Origin: Tetramitus jugosus
Lineage: Eukaryota; Protista; Heterolobosea
Direction: 5' to 3'
Assembly: GCA_937625935.1 (NCBI GenBank)
Contig: OW569395.1
Location: 1-64,000, forward strand
Length of the DNA: 64,000 bases
The notes under the pieces were generated by a model. The model searched no databases. It worked only from the letters and a program-made list of their open reading frames with translations, and was not told the DNA's origin. Shown piece by piece: positions 1 through 11,550 of the stretch. Numbering within the stretch: the first letter of the stretch is position 1; every line of letters starts with the position of its first letter. The translations under genes were made by a program, and so were the position numbers.

Positions 1-863
1 CCAAACCCAAACCCAAACCCAAACCCAAACCCAACCCAAACCCAAACCCAAACCCAAACCCAAACCCAAACCCAAACCCAAACCCAAACCCAAACCCAAA
101 CCCAAAACCCAAACCCAAACCCAAACCCAAACCCAAACCCAAACCCAAACCCAAACCCAAACCCAAACCCAAACCCAAACCCAAACCCAAACCCAAACCC
201 AAACCCAAACCCAAACCCAAACCCAAACCCAAACCCAAACCCAAACCCAAACCCAAACCCAAACCCAAACCCAAACCCAAACCCAAACCCAAACCCAAAC
301 CCAAACCCAAACCCAAACCCAAACCCAAACCCAAACCCAAACCCAAACCCAAACCCAAACCCAAACCCAAACCCAAACCCAAACCCAAACCCAAACCCAA
401 ACCCAAACCCAAACCCAAACCCAAACCCAAACCCAAACCCAAACCCAAACCCAAACCCAAACCCAAACCCAAACCCAAACCCAAACCCAAACCCAAACCC
501 AAACCCAAACCCAAACCCAAACCCAAACCCAAACCCAAACCCAAACCCAAACCCAAACCCAAACCCAAACCCAAACCCAAACCCAAACCCAAACCCAAAC
601 CCAAACCCAAACCCAAACCCAAACCCAAACCCAAACCCAAACCCAAACCCAAACCCAAACCCAAACCCAAACCCAAACCCAAACCCAAACCCAAACCCAA
701 ACCCAAACCCAAACCCAAACCCAAACCCAAACCCAAACCCAAACCCAAACCCAAACCCAAACCCAAACCCAAACCCAAACCCAAACCCAAACCCAAACCC
801 AAACCCAAACCCAAACCCAAACCCAAACCCAAACCCAAACCCAAACCCAAACCCAAACCCAAA
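1..863. repeat. Telomeric array (CCCAAA)n / (TTTGGG)n, chromosome end
   Basis: About 143 near-perfect CCCAAA hexamers from base 1, C-rich strand 5' as expected at a left chromosome end; two single-base variants near 33 and 105. Confidence 0.97.
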
Positions 864-1080
864 TCAACTTTGGTTTCAAAAATCGAAATTTTCATCAAAA
901 TACGAAACAAAACCAACTTCACAGCAGAACCCTCCCGATTAACCCGTATTGTAAATAAAATCACTCTTCTCATCACATGCTTTCATTTCCCTACCTCCTC
1001 TAGTCAAAACTGCCAGCTAACGCTGTCAGTGCAAGGATAGCTCGTTTACCTAGTCTCTCCGGTGCAGTGCTTGTGTAACA

Positions 1081-1097
1081 CCAAACCCAAACCCAAA
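1081..1097. repeat. Short interstitial telomeric tract
   Basis: ccaaacccaaacccaaa, same orientation as the terminal array. Confidence 0.8.
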
Positions 1098-1483
1098 AAT
1101 CAAGTCAGTCAAAATTTCAGAAAAATCAAGTCATAAGACATCAAGTCAAAAAATATAGTTAGTAGGAAATCATGTTTAAAATGATCAAATAATGTCCCAA
1201 TACTCTGATCTAAAACAAAGAAATCATTTATCACTAGTACGTCTTATCTCCAGTACAGAATCAAAATCGTCTAAAATCTGTTGCAGTTTTAACACTGTTG
1301 CCGATAAAAATCTGTTAAATACAGCACAGATATATCGGCTCTACGAGCCGATACAGCTCAAATCGAGTTGAAAACCTCGCCAATCTCTTCATCTCAACCA
1401 GCTGAAGCTCCTAGAGCAATAAAAAATCTCAAAAAAAAAATTACCATATAAGGAAATCGTTTCCTTAGGTTGGGGAATCCAGG

Positions 1484-2110
1484 ATGTATCCCCAAACCCA
1501 AACCCAACCCTCACATGTCTATCGATGCCAGAAGCCGTCAAGCGATAAGATATACTACGTCGATATCCATTCGTTATTCTGTAACTGTCTAGATTATCTA
1601 GGAAACTTTGGTCGTGTATGTAAGCATATTAATGCCTCCCTTGTTCATTTTGCAGTAGAAAAAGGAATGTATGGTATTGAAAGGAATGGCTACGAGTTTC
1701 TTCAAATCATGAAAAAAGTAGTTAATTCAGGATCCGATTCCCGAAGCCAGTCAGAGAATAGGGTTTATGTCAAATCAGATAGATTAGGTGCTCCGAGGTC
1801 CTCTATTAATAAGGCAAGAAAGTTTAAACCTAGAAAGAAAACTGGGAGAAAGAGATCGAATTGTCTGCAAGTGAATGACAATATTGGTGTATCCGTTGAA
1901 AATGTTGTCGGTATGAAGCGAGATCAAGATGGAGCACTGTTGTATCTGGTTATTTTGAATAGTCAAGAAGTATGGGAGCTGGCTCAAAATATCAACGAGC
2001 TTGATCTTATTGAAGAAGTGCTACAAGATGTTTATGATGTTTATATGAGCCTGAATGTTTGTTGTTCTCAGACTATCTGCATCATTGAAGAGGTTTTTGT
2101 TCGATGTTGA
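1484..2110 (+). pseudogene. SWIM zinc finger + chromodomain-like fragment (MULE-type transposase C-terminus?), 5' truncated
   Basis: YYVDIHSLFCNCLDY...VCKHI matches SWIM CxC...CxH; VENVVGMKRDQDGALLYLV...VWELAQNINELDLIEE resembles a chromo fold; the N-terminus is telomeric repeat. Confidence 0.6.
1490..1510. repeat. Short interstitial telomeric tract at the 5' edge of the SWIM fragment
   Basis: ccccaaacccaaacccaaccc; it supplies the PQTQTQP residues at the start of ORF 1484..2110. Confidence 0.8.
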
Positions 2111-2339
2111 CTCATATATTGTATGAGAATCACTGGAAGAGAGGAATACATGGACATAGATGATCCTTACAAAGTATCCTTGTATAAGTTTTTTCTCATT
2201 TTATGGATCTGGAATTCGTCATTGAATAAAGGGTTTACTTGTCGGGTTTTTTCGACTTCGGGGATTTCACCCAGTTTGTGGCGGGTTATCCTGTGTCGGG
2301 GCTTTTCTGCGGAACGTCGGGTTTTGTTAATTTTCAGTC

Positions 2340-3960
2340 TGGAATTAATGCATAATGTTTATCATCCAGCAGCAAGTGGAGAATCGCTGGATATTGTTGT
2401 CCAGAAGTGTGACAGGGCTTTGAAGACGGTGGAAGAAATGAGAGAGCTCACTGTTAACTTTAGTAAGGGTCTGATTGGTGTCACAAAGGCTACATACAAC
2501 TCTTTGCTCAATCTTGCTGGATATACACTAATTCTGACAAAGATGAGTGTATATTGTTCTTGCATCCATCAAGGAAGCGCAGTAAGATGTATAACAAGCA
2601 GCGTCATTATATAGATTTTGTCCCAGTGGAACATAGGAATTCTACTCTTGATGAGCAAATTTCAAAGATGCTGAAAGCATTCACGAGTAGTATGTAATAC
2701 AATGATATGTGATCGGTGCTTCAAACTAATTGTTTTTAAGAATCTGATCTGAGCAAGAAGTATGATTATAGTAAGGAACAATTGCTCAGAGCTGTAGAAC
2801 TTGCTGAAATATTTCATATGCCCAAAGTGAAAGTGCTCAGAGACAGTTATTATGGAGCACGTCTCAATGATCTAGGTAAATTGATTCAAATGAGAAATAC
2901 ACCTGCTCCACTGAACAAATCTACTACTAGGCCATTGTCACAATATGAAAAGAGCAGTACCTCTCAGATTGCAGTACTCACACAGAACATAACAGATGTT
3001 CAGTCAAATAGAAAACAGTTATTCAACAGACCAGTTCCAGAATTTGAACATACTGATATTGCTATGGTATTTACACCCATACTCCAGTACATAATATCAC
3101 CATAGAGCAACTGAAGTCTGCACCGTCACCACTATCTGTATTCAGAGAGTATATGGTTTAATTGAAGTCATTGAATTCAGATAAGGTCGTACTCGTAGCA
3201 CACTTTGGAACTGGTGCAGATTTCCCTAAACTGTTCAGGACACTACACAGTCTGGGCATCAAACTGGATCTAGATCTGGAACTAGCTGACACTAGATACA
3301 CTCTAAAGAAATATCTGAAAGGAGGCAGCAATACACTCAAGCTCACAGAATTGTATCTTAATCGAGTGTCCAAGGAAGGTTACAATGCTCATAACTCTTT
3401 GAGTGACAGTATTGCGCTGAGACAAGTTTTACGTTCTATTGTCACGGATATTGATCATGAGAATCAGAGAGCAATATACGAACGGTTCCTGGAAGATGTA
3501 ACTGCTAAATCTAAAGAAAAATACCACCGATTAATATGTGAAGTTCCTAATCCAGGAACCGTTCGTATATTGCTCTCTTGATCCTACTGCAGTTGCTCCA
3601 GACGGATACATGTGTGTGAAGAAGAAACGTAGACGGGCTTCTAAGAGAATAAAAATATCAGATGATCAAGTAGATGAAGTATTGTATGAGGAAGATGATC
3701 GTGGATTTGATGCATCACAAGCTATTCACACTCGTACCAGATCTGCCACAAAGAAACGAGCATGGAATGAACTGTAAGAAGACTGGAAAGAGAATGCAGA
3801 AGATGGTCACCATGATTACTGCTACAAATGCAATATTGGTGGTGATATTTTGATGTGTGATGGTTGCAATCAGTCTATTCATTTGAATTGTGTTGTTCCA
3901 CCATTAGATGAAGTGCCATCTGATGACTGGTATGCACTCAATTGGACAATTTCACGAGTA
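2340..3960 (+). pseudogene. Fragmented gene with DEDDh exonuclease domain and C-terminal PHD finger (probably transposon-borne)
   Basis: VLVAHFGTGADFPKL...AHNSLSDSIAL (ExoII/ExoIII, 3162-3581). After an in-frame TAA at 3775 the frame reads DYCYKCNIGGDILMCDGCNQSIHLNCVVPPLDEVPSDDWY, a PHD finger. Several frameshifts. Confidence 0.65.
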
Positions 3961-4139
3961 TAGATTCTGACACTGAATTTGAAGAGCAAGATGCTTATGA
4001 TCATGAGAGTGATGTATGTTTCTTTATTTGAAGTAAATTTTGGCAGAAACAATATCTTTTCCATACAACCATCGCAAGCACAAGATTGCTCATTTATTGC
4101 ACTTGTTTTGTGAGCAACGACCCGTAGGGCATCTTTCAC

Positions 4140-4990
4140 TCTTGTTGTCCCCTCGTAATGTACAAATTCCCCATTAAGCTAATTCTGTCGTAGCTTGTTT
4201 GGTTAGGGTGTGTGTTACTATGCATACATGCTCTAGTTCAAATCTCATCCATGGCAAATCAGGCCAATGGAGATGGCATCACCTTAAAATTTTTCGTTGT
4301 GTCCCCCTGGGAGAGAGACTTCCATTCTCGATAAACTCAGTGAAGCTAGTTGTTGAATGAAATACACAGCGCTTGGTGTATAGATACCAGAGTAATGCTA
4401 ACACAGGACAAGAGGAAAGAGTCCCTGTTCCGTAGATAGTTTGCTCTCTTGGTTCCGAGAGAAGCACTTTGTCTTTTACAATCTTCGTAATACAGGCAAG
4501 CTTGGAGTTGACACGGAAAAATTTCAGATGACGCAAAGTAACTGCAGCATAGGTGTCTTTGACCACTGGCACGACCAAACAACAAGATTATTAATCTGGA
4601 TTCAGCCTCTGAATAAAAGTTCAACTTTGAACACCAATTCGAAGATCTTGATTCAGTAGGGGTGCAACCTTCTTTGCCATATTTACGAAGAATGGCACGC
4701 AATATATTTTGTATGTCACTGCCGAATTCCTTCTTAGGGTCGCCTCGGTTGGTGTCCCTGAGGTGGTTACTCAAACTGTTCGCAAAGGTATCGCGGACAG
4801 TTTTATTACTATACCTCACCTCAACCCTCATCTTGAACAAGAAAAGCAAGAAGGTTGCTTTCTTGATTGGAAAAGGAACACTCTGATATTCTTTGAATAC
4901 AGAATCCTGCTTCATGTCTTCCCAAAACATTAGATAGTTGCGCTCCGCATACTCACGTACCTTAGATGTGTTTGGTGCTAGTCCAAAGCT
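4140..4990 (-). pseudogene. Tyrosine recombinase (Crypton/DIRS-type), frameshifted
   Basis: N-terminal GLAPNTSKVREYAERNYLMFW core-binding helix; LLFGRASGQR box-I Arg; KDK lysine; CPVLALLWY motif typical of DIRS/Crypton recombinases; spread over several frames. Confidence 0.65.
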
Positions 4991-7335
4991 TCAAGTTGGT
5001 TTTCAAATGTAGTGGAGTTGGAATTCACAATGGTTTTGAGCCAAATCTAGCATAGGAACAATCCTGGTTATCCTGTTAACTCGCTTGTAATGTGGACGCC
5101 CATCGGTCATGACACAAGCGGCGCCACGTCCTCTTTGGATTCTCGAGGTGATGGTGGTGACACTTAGTTAGCTTTGATGTTAATTACAACAGTCGTGCTC
5201 TCAGTTGATTGATGTATGATTCAATCAAGCCTATGGTCAATAGTGTGGCGCTCAGTCGGTGGATGAGTAGGACTTCTTTACGTTGTTGTACTGGCGATAG
5301 AGCGTGGTGCATACAACCACGATGAGGAGTACTTGGTTATGTTGCTGGTGGCAGGGATGTTGTTGTGGTCTCAGTCAATTGAGGGGAAATGCTTTGACGG
5401 TGGGTGCAGTCAATGAAGGTGACGCTCAGTCGTGTGTGCTTTGTTTGTCTCAGTTGTGGTGGTTAGAATGGTGCTGTACTTGATGGCTTTTTGTTGGTGA
5501 GAAATGAAGCAATGAATAGCAACACAAACACCACCATGTTGTTGCCAGTCTATTGGCACACTGATAAACGTGCTATTGGGGGCCGATCGGCTGTCGACAG
5601 GCAACTGTTTTGATGCTGCCAATCAGATTATGATGTGATATTTCGCAGACAGAGAGCTGTCATACTTGAATTTGAATCCTTTTGCTTCTGAGGAAGCATG
5701 TTGGAAGAAGTTCCCTTTATTTTGCTTCTTGTCGATCAATGAAGCTGTTCCATTCACCTCACAACAGTTGTAAACATACACTACGAGAATGTTCAGACAG
5801 CTTGTCACTTGTTTTTTTCCGTTTTGAATGTCGGTGACCTAAATTTCGACTGAATTGCTTGTCGAATTGTCGCTGTACTCCCAACAACCAACAACGACAC
5901 CATCCTCCTCCAACACCCACCACCAACCATGCCAACAATTTAAAAAGTGTCATTCCATTTTTTTTGCGATCATAGGGCAATCGAAAAGAAGAGCACCACA
6001 AAATCTCCGCAAAAGAAAAAATCAGCAAAGACGACGAAAGAAGACAATTCTTACGCTCGGAGCACTGCCAGTGAAGTTATTATTGCTTTTTGCAAGACAA
6101 AATTTCCTCAAGTAACAGTCTTTCCCTTAAAGAAACTTACATTACAAATGTACTTTTACTGCTGATCTTTCAACCAACCTATCCAACTCCTCCAGGAGTA
6201 GATGTGAACTTCTTAGTTAGGAGAATTGTATCAATTTGAACCAGTTGATAGTGATGTTGTACCCATTTCGTTGGAATGACAAAAGAACTTTGATTTTAAA
6301 TAAATTTGAGTTTGATTTGTAAAAAATGAAAAAGTTTTAGTTTTTTAGTTTTGAGTGAGGGATGAGCTTTTTTGTGTCATCTCAATTTTGCCATGAAGAA
6401 AGAACGAAAAAAGAAAAAAGCCCAAAAAAATTAAAAAACAATCAGAGTACGAGGAAAAAACTGGTCCAAAAGAAAGGGGAATCCATGCCCAATTTTTGGA
6501 AAAACCGAGTTCAAGCCAAGCTGTCAAACCAAGCTTCCTCTCTCCTTTGCAAGGAGCAACCAACACCCAAGAAGTTTCTTCAAACACCTTCCAAACAACG
6601 TTTGCTCGAGCGGAGTATAGACCGAAACTCCGCATGGATACAAGCACTGAGCCATGAAATTGGATCAAATATTAATAAAAACTTTTATTTTTTGGCAACC
6701 TTGTGTGGCTTAGGATTGTTTAGCTCGCTGCCAGTTCTCTTGTTGGTTTGCACCACCAATTCATGCACGATCTTGCAGAGATGTGTTGGGAGTCTCTGTC
6801 AACAAGGTGAGATTGATGTGATTCTCTATATGAGAGCTAGAGTAGGTACTTGTAACCCAGAATGGGAAGGTCTTGAGATCCTCCAACTTCTCAATGCCAA
6901 GAGGTGCTGCCAAGATGGATGCCATTTGAGAAACAGTCACCTTGTTGTAGGCTTGTGTGAGTTTGAGGAGGAGTTCACCCACACGAACGTCCTTTAGGAA
7001 GCCTTTCACCTCAGTGCCTTGAGTTTCTCTTCCTTTCAACAGTTGGAAGAGATCCTTGCCTTCCTTTGCCACCTCCTTTCTTCTCATTGCATACCTATAT
7101 TTAATCCTTCTTGTACCAGTAGCTTGTTTCCGATTATCATCTCCACTTTCTCTCAGCTTAATAAGGTGTTGTCTAATTCTGGAAGGCATTCTATCCTGAG
7201 ACAACAATTCCTTCTTAATATTATTGCTCTTTGATGTCAAATTCACCCACCTTTCGCACACAAAAAAAACAAAAAAGGAAACAAGACTGGTTCAATTCAG
7301 AAAAAATCTAAAACAAGAATTTATCGGAAAATTTC

Positions 7336-8344
7336 TTAGCGGTTATTTACAAACATTTGGGCGGTAATACAATGACGATACATTTTCAACAACCTCTTGT
7401 GTGTCAGTTTGGTGAGGATACCTATGATATCCTTCACCAATGTTATAGAGCCATCCCGATTGCGTCTCAGAGTGTTCTTGATGAACGCAAACACCAGTTC
7501 CGCAGGATTCAACTCGGGACTGTAGCAGGAGTAGGTTGACTCCTACCTGCTCAAGTGTTTGGCAAATCAGTTCAAACGTATCCCTTCCCACATGAACCGA
7601 GGCATTATCCATGACAAGAACATCTCCTCTCGTCAATGTCTTGGATGCAATGCAGTCAGCAATGAATAATGAATAATCATACTGTGTGTTCGAGCCTGGT
7701 CGAATCTCTGCAGCGAATGGCACTTCACTGTTCGGCGTGGTCATCAACGTCATTGTCACAAAGTGCACCTCATCGAGAAATTTGACGTTCTTGAGGCCAA
7801 AACGATTCACAATCGATGGCATTGCTACTACATGATCGACAAATCGCTTGACATTTGCTGCTGTGTATTTCAAGTGTTGTTTGAATTCTACAGAATGGTA
7901 GGACCAGCCCCATGATTGAAACAGGAGACAAATTGTAGCGGGTGTGACAATGGTGCCGGTATATAGTTTCAACACCGAGGCGAATTCAGAAAGTTTTGTT
8001 TGGGGAAATACTTGTGCCAGATAATATAACAATGCTTGATCAACTGCAGTCAGTTTTCGATATCGGTACCCACCGTGACCATTTGGATGATGATTAGCAT
8101 CGGCCAACTTCCTCTTCCAATATCTAATCTGGTTCCTTGATAACGCATAGCTCCTTGCGGCCATTCTTTCAGAGAGACCACCAATAGTTGCCGCCACAGC
8201 TGCACAGTAACGCAATTTGAAAAAGTCGATTTTGCTCACTCTTGTACTTGGTTGTCTATTACCCTTTGGTCCTCTTGTCATTTTTGTGATTTTCGGTGAA
8301 ACATTTTGGCGCCAAAAATTGACGTTATAAGTTGGAAAATCCAT
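7336..8344 (-). pseudogene. IS630/Tc1-type DDE transposase (frameshift at about 7525, probable internal deletion)
   Basis: HTH-like N-terminus; FLDEVHF (D1); VLVMDNASVH (D2); after a frameshift, YSPELNPAELVFAFIK (E) running to TAA at 7336-7338. Confidence 0.88.
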
Positions 8345-8390
8345 CACAACGTGTTCAGACAGCAAACATAATAAACAAAAAACAAAAACA

Positions 8391-9279
8391 ATGTCGAGAT
8401 GGATTGATTGTACACCAACCTTTAATGTTCAAGTTCAAAGTTCGCAAGTATGTCTCTCCAATATCACTCAACAGTCATCAACACAACACCAATCATCACA
8501 ACATAATCCTCAAACACCACAACCGCCAAATCAACAAAATCAATCCTCATATTATCCACCACCTACTCCAGTATTACAATCATCGACACAACAACAACGG
8601 AGTCCATCATCAATACAACAAATAAGTCATCATACAGAATGATGGCGAACAAAGTGATATGGATGTTGGTGATACTCGTTTTTGCCATACATGCCATAAA
8701 CCACTTTTAGTCGGACATAAGCTGGTTTGTCCAAAAAAACCAATCAACTGTGATGCAACATGTCTTTGGGAAAAATGTCCAGCGAAGAAAGCGAAATTCA
8801 CCAACCTCAAGGAATCAAAGCGAGCTCAACCTGAGAGGGAAATTTCGATCGGAAAATTACTCGGATCAAGAGACAAGGTTTCAAAGGCTGAGTTTGAAAA
8901 GCTCTTTCTCACCAAAGTGCAGCCCATATTGCAGGAAAAGGAAAATGAGCTCGAGGAAGATGACACACCAAAAAACAGTAATCATCAAGCATTCCTGATA
9001 CTGCATTAAAGAAAAGAAAAGAAAGAGAGGAAGCAGAAGAACCGGAAGAAGAATCCGCTGCGAAAAGGAACAAGTCTGAGATCAGTTTACACGACAGTGT
9101 GTTGTCTGATATTCAGAACTGCTCATGGATTAACGGGATTTGGTCCGTCGAATTCTGATCTTGAAATGAAATTGGATGCCATTTTGGAGGCGATTCAGGC
9201 TGGTTTCGATGAACAGAACAAGAAAATTGTAAAGTTGGAACAAAGATTCCTTGCATTATTACAAAAACTGAAAAAATAA
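8391..9279 (+). pseudogene. Transposon ORF2: Q/P-rich N-terminus, Cys/His zinc-binding motif, C-terminal coiled coil (frameshifted)
   Basis: ORFs 8391-8642, 8659-9009 (CHTCHKPLLVGHKLVC...CDATCLWEKC) and 9097-9279 (LEMKLDAILEAIQAGFDEQNKKIVKLEQR) are collinear and lie inside the TIRs. Confidence 0.55.
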
Positions 9280-9287
9280 ATTTACTG

Positions 9288-9339
9288 TCTTTTTTGGACG
9301 TCATCCAAAGCTTCCATTCTTTTTTGGACGTCATCCAAA
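9288..9339. repeat. Subterminal direct repeats of the Tc1-like element (2 x 22 bp, 30-bp period, each self-complementary)
   Basis: tcttttttggacgtcatccaaa at 9288-9309 and 9318-9339. Confidence 0.8.
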
Positions 9340-10793
9340 AGAGGATCAGTGTGTGTTGGGTGGGTGAATTTGGCCTCAAAGAGCAATAAAGCGGTCATAC
9401 TTTCTACCCTCAAACTTCTTAAAATGGAAGTAGTCTCCGATGGACACGTGTTTTCGGAGTCGTTCAAACTCCTGATCACTCATTTTGGCCATCTGATCAA
9501 CCGTTTCTTGACAATGGGAGGCCTTTCCTCAATCTCCACAACCAGAGATATATCCAGCCAATTCAAAGCCTTCTTTACAGACTCACTTGTTGGAATTTCA
9601 ATTATTCACAAAGTTCAGACAGCTTCTCAATCTCTTGCCTCTTATTATTGAGATTCAATAAAGTATCTCTTAGTCGGCTTGTAAGGTTACTATTGGAAGT
9701 TTTCTCTTCCTCCAATTTTTTCTTCAAGTCTTCAATCTCCTTGCTCACCTTCTTTACAAGTGCTGTTAGCAATAGCATTGAAGTCAACATCATAACTATG
9801 CTGTCGGAAATAACATTCAACTGCACATCATCTGGGGATTCAAACTCTTCATGAAATTTGGAAGTATTCAAAAAATTAAAAATTACAACCAATGAAGAAA
9901 AAACAAATTGGAACAGCCGCGTATTAATCTATTATTTGGTTTTGTTTGTTGTATTCTGAGCGGAGTTTTATCTTCTACGATTTTGGCGCAAAATTCACTC
10001 ATTCACTTCCTTGAGCGAAACGTTGCTAATTGTCCTAGGTGTTGTGCTACTTTTATGGGTACCACCAGTTCAAAGTTCGTTGGAAGCACTATAAGGGCTG
10101 ATGAGGATTCGTGGATTCATGAATATGATTTCAGTGAAAGTATGGTATGGAAAGCTGTGGAGCATTTTAAGAAAGAGAATAAGAAGAGGTGTTTCTTTCA
10201 GTAATCAAGGTTTTTTATTCCACAATTTTTTTGTACATGGGTTGGGGAACCCAGAATGAAATCCAACAAGAAATAACAAGTTGCTAAACCTTATTCATCA
10301 ACCACCAAGTATAAGAAGATGAATTTTTTCTTTTTTCGTACTGTTCACTTATTATGAACAAATTATGAGAGATGAGCATCACACAAAAAATGAAGAAAAA
10401 AGGTTTGACACAAATTTTAATGTAATGGGAGCATCCAGTGATATTAGATCTTATGACCCCCGAGGGAGTGGGGAATTATTCATATTCATAATTTATTCAC
10501 TTTGGAGGCAAGGGTACAATTTAGGAGTTATTAGACTTGGACGAAAACAAATAAAAAATGGGTTGGTGGGTGATGTGTGCTTTTTTGTGGATGGATTGGA
10601 AGTGAGTGGAGTGCTTTGTTTGTGTGAAAAAATGCCGATCTTTATTCCTCGACACACTTGTCTTGCTCGACAAGAGTGTCATCAGTAATAAAAAAATCTA
10701 CCTCGTCCATACAAATGGTCATCGGTTGTTCTTCTTCTTTCTTCGGCATGATAGTGTAACTATACTTCATACCTTCATGCATGTACATACCAT

Positions 10794-11550
10794 TCATGCA
10801 TTTTTTGACATCCACGCTCTTTGGCAGGTTCTTCGCGCGATCGCCAATTTTGCAATGTCCATAGAGGGAAATGGCAACAAATGGAGATCAAGCACTACAA
10901 AATAGGACTTCTGCTTCTTCTGAATTTTGACATCCTGTCTGTAGTGTGAATTTGCGCGCCATTCGTAGTAAAAGAAGTTGTCGCTCTCCATCACTTGATA
11001 CAACAGGTGAGGGGGCATCTCCTTATGGAACTGAAATCTTAAACTTTCCAAATTCATCTTGCTAGGAGTACCAACTAATGTAACTCCAGCTTCTTGATCT
11101 TCGTCAGTACTTACTTCAGATTCTGATTCAACAAAAGGCCTATTTCTCTTGGCTCTCTCATCACGTGCCTTGTCTTGTATGGAGCGGCTCTGTGAAACCA
11201 TCTCAAAGAACTGATCTCTCATATCGACATCAGACCTTTTCTTTGCCTTTTTGTTCTCCATCTCATCGTCATCATCAGCGCTCTCTCTATCACTCTCTTT
11301 TCTTCTCTTTGGAGCAGCCTTCTTGCAGTATCTGTACACAGCACTACCAATTTGCTCTGGGGATCGTTTCCAATGTGGGTTCGACTTAGACATCCATCAA
11401 GTCACACAACTTTGCATCAGTATCAGTCGGATGATTCTTCTTGTGAAGACCCCAGGATATCTTCAGTTCTTCTATCAAATCATCAGACCACTTTCCAGTC
11501 TCAATTACCTTTGGTGAAGCCTGCTTTCTTGTACGCCTTGTTGTTGTCAT
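10794..11550 (-). pseudogene. Myb/SANT (trihelix)-like DNA-binding ORF of the Harbinger element, frameshifted by a 4-bp duplication
   Basis: KWSDDLIEELKISW...LCDL|MSKSNPHWKRSPEQIGSAVYRY; removing one CATC at 11391-11398 fuses ORFs 11386..11658 and 10794..11393. Confidence 0.55.

Larger units (their letters stand above)
7224..9386. mobile_element. IS630/Tc1/mariner-superfamily DNA transposon, 2163 bp, two divergent ORFs
   Basis: TIRs ttgctctttgatgtcaaattcacccacc (7224-7251) and ggtgggtgaatttggcctcaaagagcaa (9359-9386), 26/28 identical; TA at 7222-7223 and 9387-9388; the empty site restores an ORF; DDE transposase inside. Confidence 0.92.
6761..9892 (-). pseudogene. Unknown gene (coiled-coil N-terminus) split by the Tc1/IS630 insertion: 5' part about 9892-9389, 3' part 7221-6761
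   Basis: Removing 7224-9386 and one TA joins ...KKFEGRKYDRF to NIKKELLSQDRMPSRIRQH... in one frame. Confidence 0.7.

Noticed and set aside
864-1490. Hammerhead ribozyme in the telomere-adjacent segments
   Set aside because: No CUGANGA...GAAA core with compatible stems found by eye.
9288-9339. CRISPR-like palindromic repeats
   Set aside because: Two copies only, an 8-bp spacer, eukaryotic context and no cas genes; better explained as transposon subterminal repeats.
7224-9386. Fanzor/TnpB RNA-guided nuclease as ORF2 of the Tc1-like element
   Set aside because: No RuvC D-E-D motifs are recognisable; ORF2 is short, Q/P-rich and coiled-coil.
1468-10264. Shared motif ggttggggaa(t/c)ccag(g/a)atg at 1468 and 10240 as direct terminal repeats
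   Set aside because: Only 17/19 identity, which can occur by chance in a window this size; no target duplication and no extension.
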